A stretch of 44,230 nucleotides of DNA. It comes from an uncultured Rhodopirellula sp. (GTDB lineage Bacteria; Planctomycetota; Planctomycetia; Pirellulales; Pirellulaceae). Where the stretch lies: the NCBI GenBank assembly GCA_964007735.1, contig CAXGAI010000041.1, positions 1 to 44,230 of the forward strand, given 5' to 3'. The position numbers and the translations under genes were made by a program. Under the pieces are notes generated by a model. That model saw only the letters and a program-made list of their open reading frames with translations. It made no database searches and was not told the DNA's origin. Positions 9,769-17,793 of the stretch are shown one piece after another; within the stretch, counting starts at the first letter, position 1, and the number at the start of each line of letters is the position of its first letter.

Positions 9769-11270
9769 TAATTGGCCTTTGATGCGGGCGGTGTGAATTC
9801 ATAAGAAACGTCCCCCACCTCGATATTTCCTGAAATCTTAGTTCGTTGTATTGAGTCGGTTCCCAAATTAATTGATTTTCGAATGATTTGATATGTTCCG
9901 TGTTCTCTGGCAGTTTCAATACAAAGAGTATACTGTCCCGATGACAGTGGTTTCCCGGAATTGTCTGTTCCGTCAAAATGCGTTTCATATTTTCCGGGGC
10001 CACGGGTTGCTCCAGCCACGGTTTTAATCAGATCAACGTTTTCGACGATTTTTCTGGAGCGGTCGTTTCGATACCATCGAGTTAAGTCTCGGTGCCAGCG
10101 AGGTCCCGGTTGTTCTACCTGTAGCCAAAGCAACGCTGTTTTTACAGGAAACCCATCTTTATCTTCGAGCCATATGGCGACATAAGGACGGCGATAACGC
10201 CCTCCTTCCGGCCGGTTCAGCGAAAACGATACTCTTAAGCCGGTTTTTGTTGCCGGTTCTAATAAATGAATATTGGAAGTGGTTTCTTTGATTGGGTTGC
10301 CACCAGGCCAGCCTGATGAAGTTATCACAGTACCATCACTAAGAATCAATAAGCATTCAATATTTGTTTGAGATTCAGCCAGTCGGATAGATTGGCTGAC
10401 TGGCAGCACAGAGAAGGCAGTGGCTAATGCATCAGCGTCCATTCCCATTGGTGCCAGCACCGAGGCGCTGCTGATATGTGTAGATGGTAACCCCGTACGT
10501 GGGTCAATGATATGAGAGTGCAGTTTGTTGCCTATTTTGAATCCCCGTCGATAATTCCCGCTCGTGGCGACCGACCACGGTTTCCTGAGTTCGATTTGCG
10601 TGAAGGCCTTTTTGTAGGGGGCAAAAGGGTTTTCAATGTCGATACGCCAAGTTGAGTCTCCGAGCTTTCTTATATCACCACCAATGTTGATCAAAAAGTT
10701 ATTTACGGCGGGGTATTTACGTCTAACGCTTTCACAAACCTGATCAAGAATGTAGCCTTTGGCGAGCCCGTCAAGGCTTATTTTTACCAACGGTTTATTC
10801 TCCGCTGCATCGACAGCGTCAAGTTGATAGGGAGCAACTGAAAAGGTACTTAACAGTTGGTGTCGTTCTTCTGCAGTTGGGAATCGGCCGTTAAGTTCCG
10901 CTTGTTTCCATAATTGCGATAAATGTTCTGTACGGACTTCAAAGGCGCCGCTCGTTTGATGACGCCAATATTCCGCCCGCGCTAGTACAGTTTTCAGTTC
11001 AGGCGATAATCCAGTTCCGGGGATTTGGCCAAGCTGCCATCGATTGATTTCAGTATCAGGATCATAGTGGCTAAGAATATTAGCTAGTCGGTCGATTTCG
11101 CTCAAAATATTGTCTTTAATATTCTGGCCGTTCAAAGTTTGGTCCGACTCTATCTGTAGTTCCAAAAAAGTGCCTAGCACATTTTCAAAATGGTAATGAT
11201 GGACATCCGCGGAGGTGTATGGCAATTCCTGAGTGGACAAAAATAGTAGAGTTATAAGTAGTTTTTTCAT
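9768..11270 (-). CDS. apbE: FAD:protein FMN transferase (ApbE) fused to a C-terminal DUF2271 domain
   Basis: ApbE motifs SLDGLAKGY, NIGGD, ATSGNYRR, HIIDPRTG and ADALATA; DUF2271 motifs YRRPYVAIWLED, AGATRGPG and ETAREHG. Start placed at MKKLL (11270), which gives a signal peptide; the ORF track starts at 11327. Confidence 0.9.
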   Translation of the reverse strand: MKKLLITLLFLSTQELPYTSADVHHYHFENVLGTFLELQIESDQTLNGQNIKDNILSEIDRLANILSHYDPDTEINRWQLGQIPGTGLSPELKTVLARAEYWRHQTSGAFEVRTEHLSQLWKQAELNGRFPTAEERHQLLSTFSVAPYQLDAVDAAENKPLVKISLDGLAKGYILDQVCESVRRKYPAVNNFLINIGGDIRKLGDSTWRIDIENPFAPYKKAFTQIELRKPWSVATSGNYRRGFKIGNKLHSHIIDPRTGLPSTHISSASVLAPMGMDADALATAFSVLPVSQSIRLAESQTNIECLLILSDGTVITSSGWPGGNPIKETTSNIHLLEPATKTGLRVSFSLNRPEGGRYRRPYVAIWLEDKDGFPVKTALLWLQVEQPGPRWHRDLTRWYRNDRSRKIVENVDLIKTVAGATRGPGKYETHFDGTDNSGKPLSSGQYTLCIETAREHGTYQIIRKSINLGTDSIQRTKISGNIEVGDVSYEFTPPASKAN

Positions 11271-11335
11271 AACGGAGTTCATTCGTTTAGGATTCCAGCG
11301 ACTGGAAGAGAGGTTTTTTAAAAGCATTTATTTAC

Positions 11336-14155
11336 TTATTCGTTTTTCGAGTTTAATCGTAATTCCATCACGCGTTTTAATTCGGCGTAGGAAATAGCTC
11401 CATCGCTGTTGCTGTCACCCTCTTCAATTAATGTAGCAAGTCTGCTTCCAAGTTCGTCTTTTGTTAATTGACCGTCCCGATTGGTATCACGTCGCATTAA
11501 TAGTTTTGTATTGTTAACCACTTCGTCGTTGTCACCACTGGTCGAAGTGAAGTCCATCGCCGCTACTTTCCCGGGAGTCGCGAGTGGTTCAGGATCTAAT
11601 AGTATGAAGTTAACGACCCCCTTCTCTTCCGGATCAATACCGTAAAACAATAATCGGTCGTTAAAGCTGAACAGCCTCATCGATGAATTGATTTCCGGTA
11701 GCGAATGAGCGAAGTTTGACCATTGGTCGGTTGTAATATCGTATACCTCGATAGTGGTATTCACTGGCCCATCGCTAGACCCGGGTGAGTTTCCGCCAAA
11801 CAAATAAAGTTTCTTATTGGCGATTACCAAATCAGGAGAAAGACGAGTTGTTTTAGGTGCCGACGCAGATCTCCACGTCCGGGTGTCGAAGTTGAATATG
11901 TCGATGCTGGAAGGTGTCTGTTCGTTATTGTCCAGACCGCCGACCATATAGTAGTCATCTGCATCGGCCACGCCTGTAAACCAGGTACGTGGATTGGGAG
12001 GCGTACTGTCTGGGATGGGCGTGATTTTGGTTTCGTCGACCCACCAGTGCAGTACAGGATGGTTGTTTCCCGTGGGTTGGGTTCCAAAAAACCAAACCGC
12101 ATCTTGCTTGGCCACGACGCTTAAGTCACTTAACGGGTGGGGCAATTCGTTTTCAAGTGTCGTCCACTGTTTCGAGTCGGGATCGTATACCAGGATAGGC
12201 CTGGCTGGCTGGTCCGTATTATCCTCGTCATGTTTTCCGCCGAAAAGCAGGATTTGCCTGTGCTCACTCGTCTGTGCTGAGACAACCGGTTTTGCTTCTT
12301 CCGTTGCGACGGGCAGTTTTGGCAAGGTTTCCACTGTTTGTCGCTGTAGATTGAACAGGTATGCTTCATCAGATAGATCGGGTTGCGGGTTGTTCCGAGT
12401 TCGGCCACCGAAAGCGTAGAGTCTCGAACCACTAAGGACAATGCTTTGGTTGCCGGTGACATCGCCGTCAATTTTGCTAGACCATTGAATTGCGGTTGGA
12501 GCGTTTGACTCCCTGTTTACAGAAAATGATTCTATCGACGCCATGCGGCCACTCCGCATCGAAGTTCCCCCAATAGCCAGCAGCCTTTGATCATCCGCGG
12601 GGATCAATCGGTGGAACATTCGTGGATACATTAAACGCCCCACACTTTTCCAGACGGTTGGATCTTCGTGAAGTTTGTAGACGACTCCGGAGTCTCCCGA
12701 AACGTAAAGTGATCCGCCGGTTGAGAAAGAACTTGTCGCAAAACCAGCGGCGCTACTATCGGAGGGTAAATCGGGGCCTGCCGCCCATTCGTTGGTCTCA
12801 GGGTTAAAGATAGATACCTTGCGACTGATACTTGAGGTTTGTATTCCGCCAAAGATATAAAGACGATTACGATGAGCGGCAACGGACGCTGCTCTGGTAA
12901 TGTAGCCGGGGCCTTTTAGCGACTTCCATCCCTGGGCGGGGTTGTCGAGATCATATCTAAGGATATCCTCGTGCCATTTCGCGTCATTGCTAGACGCCCC
13001 CTGAAGATTCCAGCCACCAGCGACAAAAACGCTTCTTCCGAGTACGGCCGCATCCAAGGACGATCGGCTAGCGGGGAGTGGAGCAAGGTCTGTCCAGGTG
13101 TCTGAATTGACGTCATATCGGGCAAAGTGGTTTGTTGATTTGAAATCCGTATCCTGGTCAGCTTTGTTGCTAAAGGTAAGTCCACCAACTCGGTAAAGGT
13201 ATTTCCCATCGGAGACCAGTGCCGTGCTTTGGGCTCCTTCGTGCATTGAGAGTTCTTCCCATTCGGCGGATGGATCATTAAATCGTATGCGACGGAAATT
13301 GTTTGATACGCCCTCAATAGAAAATCCGTGCGTAGTTCCCTGATGGCCACTAAATACGTAGAGGTGTTCCCCAAGCCTCGCCGCTCCAAAGCTCGTTAAA
13401 GTAGTTGGTAGCGGCTTGAGTAATGTGCTACTATTTTGGCCGGTCGAATTGGTGCGGTGTTCTGGGTCGTGAAACGTCAGGGTGAAGTAGTGGGAGCTTG
13501 AGTCGTATTCTTGCTCGTTGAAGACCCCGCTATCGCCTGGCACCCGATGTCCAAACATGATACCGTTGACACCGCTCACGACCTGTTTATTTGAGAAGGT
13601 AATGATTCCCCGTGAATCAAGTTCTCCGGTACCGTTCTCTTCCCCGTCGGCACCATATAAATGTATTTCCGTTCCGCTTAATGGTTTCCCCTTCCATGAT
13701 ACCTTTACTTCGATTCCGTCCTCTGTTTCCACGATTCCTGCCTGAAGATTCCACTTTAGTTTACCGAGAAGACTGTCTTTATGAGATTTCGGTAACTCAC
13801 CGCCCAAATGCATCGTGTAGTAGTCAAGCCTTGAAGTACCAAAAATGCCATAAGTGACCTTCGAAGCCAGATTAGATTCAGGTGGAACTTGATCCTTGGA
13901 AACTAACCCCAGAAACTTATCGGAAGATACGCTTATCAGTTCTAGAGGAATGGACTGACCTGCGTTAGAAATGATCCAGACCTTGGCTTTTGCAATTGTT
14001 GGCGGAAGCTTATAGGTCTTCTCTGCTAAACTTTCTCCGAAAAAGTAGACTGCTTTCCCATCAGTCGAAGTGTTAAGCCAAGGAAAATGGGCTTGTAATT
14101 TAGGGAGAGCCAAAAACAGGACGTGAACGATAATCAACCAAGGGAAAGTCTTCAT
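11336..14155 (-). CDS. Secreted multidomain protein: DUF4198-like N-terminal domain, two Kelch beta-propellers, C-terminal EF-hand pair
   Basis: Signal peptide ending LQA|HFPWL; repeated Kelch cores (LYRVGG, VFVAGG, LYIFGG, LYAFGG, YMVGG, LYLFGG); EF-hand loops DTNRDGQLTKDE and DSNSDGAISYAE. The DUF4198 call is the weakest part. Confidence 0.82.
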   Translation of the reverse strand: MKTFPWLIIVHVLFLALPKLQAHFPWLNTSTDGKAVYFFGESLAEKTYKLPPTIAKAKVWIISNAGQSIPLELISVSSDKFLGLVSKDQVPPESNLASKVTYGIFGTSRLDYYTMHLGGELPKSHKDSLLGKLKWNLQAGIVETEDGIEVKVSWKGKPLSGTEIHLYGADGEENGTGELDSRGIITFSNKQVVSGVNGIMFGHRVPGDSGVFNEQEYDSSSHYFTLTFHDPEHRTNSTGQNSSTLLKPLPTTLTSFGAARLGEHLYVFSGHQGTTHGFSIEGVSNNFRRIRFNDPSAEWEELSMHEGAQSTALVSDGKYLYRVGGLTFSNKADQDTDFKSTNHFARYDVNSDTWTDLAPLPASRSSLDAAVLGRSVFVAGGWNLQGASSNDAKWHEDILRYDLDNPAQGWKSLKGPGYITRAASVAAHRNRLYIFGGIQTSSISRKVSIFNPETNEWAAGPDLPSDSSAAGFATSSFSTGGSLYVSGDSGVVYKLHEDPTVWKSVGRLMYPRMFHRLIPADDQRLLAIGGTSMRSGRMASIESFSVNRESNAPTAIQWSSKIDGDVTGNQSIVLSGSRLYAFGGRTRNNPQPDLSDEAYLFNLQRQTVETLPKLPVATEEAKPVVSAQTSEHRQILLFGGKHDEDNTDQPARPILVYDPDSKQWTTLENELPHPLSDLSVVAKQDAVWFFGTQPTGNNHPVLHWWVDETKITPIPDSTPPNPRTWFTGVADADDYYMVGGLDNNEQTPSSIDIFNFDTRTWRSASAPKTTRLSPDLVIANKKLYLFGGNSPGSSDGPVNTTIEVYDITTDQWSNFAHSLPEINSSMRLFSFNDRLLFYGIDPEEKGVVNFILLDPEPLATPGKVAAMDFTSTSGDNDEVVNNTKLLMRRDTNRDGQLTKDELGSRLATLIEEGDSNSDGAISYAELKRVMELRLNSKNE

Positions 14156-14226
14156 GGTTTCTCAGCTTTTGATAAATAAATGCCATATCAGAGGTATAGA
14201 CGTACAAGCCGCTACCTTCTCTTTCA

Positions 14227-14255
14227 AGTTTATTGAGACTTAGTCTCAATAGCAA
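14227..14255 (-). promoter_or_regulatory. Candidate sigma-70 promoter of the Kelch-ApbE-PepSY operon
   Basis: Minus strand reads TTGCTA, 17 nt, TAAACT. The palindrome covers the whole spacer. Confidence 0.6.
14231..14251. promoter_or_regulatory. Perfect 10-1-10 palindromic operator, Fur-box-like
   Basis: TATTGAGACT-T-AGTCTCAATA, about 75 bp upstream of the Kelch gene start; resembles the ATTGAGAAT-N-ATTCTCAAT type of Fur box. Confidence 0.75.
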
Positions 14256-14574
14256 TGGGTGTGCGGGGGCTGTTTTCTAAAAAACAAGGCTTTAAAAATA
14301 GTCGCTGCCCGATTGGCGTCAGGCGAGAGGCTGAAAGAGATTACTCCGGTAACTAGTGTCTTCTGTAAAACTTTTGCTAACTCCAAAATCGACTTATTCA
14401 TTACCTACTGCAATGCTTGCTGATGCCCGCTCTTCTTTATTGGCGATTAACCTAAAAGCGATTCACAGACGTTATTAAGCCAACGGGTCCTTTGATTACG
14501 ATCAAATACCGAATGAACCATTAGGTTTCCACTGGCGATTTAAGCCACTGTGCGATCTTTTAGCCACGGCGAGG

Positions 14575-15351
14575 TCAGTTGGTCTGCAAGGACTTCAGGA
14601 TGCCATCCCACAGTTCATGCCGGCTCGCTAAAGTTGATTGAGCTGCGCGACCGGCAGCATCCCATTTCTCTTCGTCGGATCCACAGAGTAGACAAAGCAA
14701 TTCCTCACCCATAGGGCCATGATGATCATCATCGATTTCGATATGTCGCTGTAGGTAATATTCAAAAAACGTGTAACGATCAGTTTGAGATTCATTGAGT
14801 TGTTTCACCAGACCGCGGAACAAGTCAGGAATCAAATCTTCTCGACCGAACAAGAAGATGGCCGCCAACTCGACCGGGCTTGAGTCTTGAATAGATTCGA
14901 ATGTGGAACTGACAAAACGGCAGATATGCTTCGGAAGATCCAGCGAAGCAAGAATTTCGTTCAACGTCTTATCAGCCTCAATGCCAAGCATAAGCATGTC
15001 AATATCGTCGGTTGGTGCGCCCGCCTGAAGCATCGCCATTCGATACATCTCATAGTGACTTAGGTATTGTCCTGTGGGGCCTATATCCGATTCTTCAGCT
15101 AATACGATTTCATTAATCAAGCGAACCGCCAGAGGATACTTTTGTTCCGGGCGCCATGGTATCTCGCACCCACAAAAAGTGTGTTGCAAGGACTTCAATA
15201 ACGACATGAAGTCCCAGACTGCAAAAACGTGTTGAGCCATAAAAGTTCTAACGTGAACAGGTGTTGTTATCAGCTCGTAAATCGGATGATGAAGTAGTTG
15301 TTCTCGTTGCGGTGCTAATAAGGTTTTTATCTTCAGCAGGTTGGCATTCAC
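14575..15351 (-). CDS. DUF3050 family protein (heme-oxygenase-like fold)
   Basis: HVFAVWDFMSLLKSLQ, INEIVLAEESD, SHYEMY, FGREDLIP and YLQRHIEIDDDHHGP; GTG start. Confidence 0.88.
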   Translation of the reverse strand: MNANLLKIKTLLAPQREQLLHHPIYELITTPVHVRTFMAQHVFAVWDFMSLLKSLQHTFCGCEIPWRPEQKYPLAVRLINEIVLAEESDIGPTGQYLSHYEMYRMAMLQAGAPTDDIDMLMLGIEADKTLNEILASLDLPKHICRFVSSTFESIQDSSPVELAAIFLFGREDLIPDLFRGLVKQLNESQTDRYTFFEYYLQRHIEIDDDHHGPMGEELLCLLCGSDEEKWDAAGRAAQSTLASRHELWDGILKSLQTN

Positions 15352-15484
15352 GGCATCTAGACTTTATGTAGTTGATTTGTTGAGACACTCTCATATTTTG
15401 GCTTCTAGAGGGCAATTCGGACAGCACAAACAAATGATAAAACTGATCATTTTGGAAGAAGAAACTCAAAGTGCCTTCATTCGG

Positions 15485-15509
15485 TGCAACCGTGCGTAAA
15501 CAGGTTGCA
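15485..15509. promoter_or_regulatory. Inverted repeat, candidate enhancer-binding protein site
   Basis: TGCAACC-N11-GGTTGCA about 140 bp upstream of the sigma-54 motif. Confidence 0.4.
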
Positions 15510-15649
15510 GCTTGTGGATGACAATTTGGGTTTGCCGAACACACCCCTAAACCTAAATGAAAGATTAAGTGATTCTTAGCCTGAAATTACAGCGGTTTCG
15601 TTGGAGGGGTCTATAGGATTAAGATCTTTTTATGGTTTCGGGACCACTT

Positions 15650-15665
15650 TGGTACGGGGGTTGCA
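15650..15665 (+). promoter_or_regulatory. Sigma-54 (-24/-12) promoter
   Basis: TGGTACG-GGGG-TTGCA matches TGGCACG-N4-TTGCW with one mismatch and exact GG-N10-GC spacing. Confidence 0.72.
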
Positions 15666-15717
15666 TATATCTCTTGGCAGCTAAAGAGAAACCTGCAATT
15701 ACTGGAGGGCAAATAAA

Positions 15718-15810
15718 ATGACTCAGCTTCATTTACATAGTCATCAGGCTACGGAGTTAAATCAGGAAGGAGTAGAGCAAGGGATCTTTGGCAGGGCCGG
15801 GTTCACTTGA
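15718..15810 (+). CDS. Unannotated 30-aa small ORF (MTQLHLHSHQATELNQEGVEQGIFGRAGFT), candidate leader peptide
   Basis: GGAGG at 15704-15708, A-rich spacer, ATG 15718, TGA 15808-15810; lies just downstream of the sigma-54 promoter. Confidence 0.5.
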   Translation: MTQLHLHSHQATELNQEGVEQGIFGRAGFT

Positions 15811-15868
15811 TCAGGTGGCTTGACTGCTCGCGGGCTAACATGAGCTTCAGAAGCCTGTGGCTAAGGAC

Positions 15869-15940
15869 AAGTGGCTACCCAGGATCATCTATAACCGATA
15901 TCGCTTACAACGTCGGATGACTTGGGTAGCCATTTCTTTT
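15869..15940 (+). terminator. Terminator/attenuator-like hairpin upstream of the HAD phosphatase
   Basis: AAGTGGCTACCCAGG pairs with CTTGGGTAGCCATTT (15 bp, two G-U), extended by TCATC/GATGA; ends in TTTCTTTT. Confidence 0.6.
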
Positions 15941-15987
15941 AAGAGGCTGGGAGAAAATAGCTGGATAACTTAAAATAGGAGGCAGCA

Positions 15988-16782
15988 ATGCTTGGTTATC
16001 TCATCGATATGGATGGTGTAGTTTATCGTGGTGGAGAATTGATTTCTGGTTCAGACAAATTCATAAACCAGCTAATTAAGAAAGATATTCCGTTTCGGTT
16101 TATGACTAATAATAGCCAGCGTACGCGTCTGGATGTTGTTGCCAAATTAGAAAGACTTGGCATTCTGGTAGAAGAGCAGCATATCTTCACATGCGCCATG
16201 GCTACTGCAAGATATCTGGCAAGCCAAAACCCAAAGGCCACAGCCTTTGTCATCGGAGAAGGTGGATTGCTAACCGCGTTACATAAATCGGGGATTGCGA
16301 TCAATGACCATTCTCCTGATTATGTGATTATTGGAGAGGGAAGAACCTTTAATCTGGAGCAGGTTGAGAAAGCAGTGGATTTTGTCAATGCCGGGGCCAA
16401 ATTAATCTCAACGAACCCGGATCTTAGCTGCCCTACCCCTACAGGGATCCGCCCAGGGTGTGGTGCGATGGCCGCTATTATTGAAGCGACGACGGGAAGA
16501 AAGGCGTTTAGCGTCGGTAAACCAAATCCGATCATGATGCGTATGGTTAGGAAGGATCTGAATCTTAGTACAAGAGAAACCGTTGTTATCGGTGACATGA
16601 TGGAAACAGATATCTTTGGGGCCGTTCAACTCGAATATTATTCAGTCCTTGTGCTTTCCGGCGGAACTAAAAAACATGATTTGCCAAACTTCGCATATCA
16701 GCCGGCAGAAGTACATAAAACACTGGCGCATTATGGTAGAAGTACGGGGATTATTCCGGAGAGCAGTTTGATATTCAATTGA
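15988..16782 (+). CDS. nagD: HAD-superfamily IIA hydrolase, NagD-like phosphatase
   Basis: DMDGVVY (DxD), MTNN, TNPD, VGKPNP and IGDMMETD; RBS AGGAGG. Confidence 0.9.
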   Translation: MLGYLIDMDGVVYRGGELISGSDKFINQLIKKDIPFRFMTNNSQRTRLDVVAKLERLGILVEEQHIFTCAMATARYLASQNPKATAFVIGEGGLLTALHKSGIAINDHSPDYVIIGEGRTFNLEQVEKAVDFVNAGAKLISTNPDLSCPTPTGIRPGCGAMAAIIEATTGRKAFSVGKPNPIMMRMVRKDLNLSTRETVVIGDMMETDIFGAVQLEYYSVLVLSGGTKKHDLPNFAYQPAEVHKTLAHYGRSTGIIPESSLIFN

Positions 16783-16830
16783 CTCGGTTTTGAATGAAGA
16801 ACATGGAAAAGATCTTTGGCGGGATTCTCG

Positions 16831-17184
16831 TTAATTTAAGCAGCAGCTATCTGCGGTAAGCGTTAAAAGATCGATATCTAACCTTACTTTTCTCCAGATC
16901 ATGCCGCCCATCGGATTAATTACAAAGAACTCCAGATGGATGCCTGAATCGGATTCATAAAATGAACCTCGCACCTTTGAGTTTAAAAAATTGGAGTCAC
17001 GACAAATGCCGCTGAGGGCTCCATTACGGCGTAACTTGTGGTTAGGCGAAAGAATAACTACATAGAAATCTGCTCCCCTTGCCTGCGAGGTGAGTTTGAA
17101 CCCCAACCTGCATTTGTCGTGAAGGATGTGGATGCTTCGCAAATACCCTGCAGCGGCGTCATTAGATTCGTAATACTGAAACAT
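16831..17184 (-). CDS. Hypothetical protein (117 aa)
   Basis: Only sizeable ORF in this gap; lies downstream of a same-strand sigma-54 promoter. No recognised motif and a weak RBS. Confidence 0.5.
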   Translation of the reverse strand: MFQYYESNDAAAGYLRSIHILHDKCRLGFKLTSQARGADFYVVILSPNHKLRRNGALSGICRDSNFLNSKVRGSFYESDSGIHLEFFVINPMGGMIWRKVRLDIDLLTLTADSCCLN

Positions 17185-17219
17185 CTAATATCTCAAGAAG
17201 TTAAGTTCTTATCATGATT

Positions 17220-17275
17220 AGTCTCCGACAAGGGGGCCATTGTGTAGCGCCGAATGGCCCCCTTCATCAGAGACT
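17220..17275 (-). other. Long RNA hairpin in the leader of the second sigma-54 transcript
   Basis: Perfect 12-bp stem AAGGGGGCCATT/AATGGCCCCCTT, extended by 10 bp (AGUCUCUGAU/GUCGGAGACU). The extension's two G-U pairs form only on the minus strand. Confidence 0.65.
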
Positions 17276-17314
17276 TGCTTATAGGTTAGTCGGAGTACGA
17301 CTATCAGCTAACAT

Positions 17315-17330
17315 TGCAAACGGTGTGCCA
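17315..17330 (-). promoter_or_regulatory. Sigma-54 (-24/-12) promoter
   Basis: Minus strand reads TGGCACA-CCGT-TTGCA, near consensus with correct spacing. Confidence 0.78.
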
Positions 17331-17727
17331 TAAAACATCTGCTTGCCGATGTTTAACAGGAAGGCAGGGATTGAACCACATATAAGAGTGTTAAAAGTTT
17401 TGAAGAATAAGTGAGTGGTTTACATCCAACGATAGCCTTGCTTAGACATTAGGCATTCTGCTCTTTAGAAAGGCGTTCTTGATAAAAGCAGTTGGCAAGC
17501 CGGTCACGCTATTGCTACCCGGCTGAGAGGATGTTTTAGCGAGGTTATTGTCCATGAGCTCCGAGTCCGGAAAGCAAATTTGGGAGTTAATGCGGACGGC
17601 ATGGTTTATAACGATCAGGAATGGGGCCAGGTGAGGTGATCGTTCAGCGAACCTGGAGGAAAATTACAGACCATTAGCCCATAAAACTGGCCAATATCTA
17701 CTACCCATTACCTGATCCACTGTCCAG

Positions 17728-17760
17728 AAAAAAAGCCATCAGCCCGAGACGGCTGATGGC
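17728..17760 (-). terminator. Rho-independent terminator after the HMA selenoprotein gene
   Basis: Perfect 10-bp stem GCCATCAGCC/GGCTGATGGC, 6-nt loop, then 7 U on the minus strand. Confidence 0.85.
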
Positions 17761-17793
17761 GTACTGCTTAATGGGGTGACATTCCAAGGAATT

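Noticed and set aside
14461..14574. Cobalamin riboswitch suggested by AGCCACTG
   Set aside because: No GGGAA or GGGAAG partner elements, and no gene lies downstream on that strand.
15676..15987. Known glutamine (glnA) or other riboswitch in the nagD leader
   Set aside because: I could not find conserved cores of any family I know; kept only as an unclassified attenuator candidate.
17220..17275. Hammerhead ribozyme (CUGAUGA followed by a stem on the minus strand)
   Set aside because: The required GAAA after stem II is absent, and CUGAU is itself paired in the hairpin.
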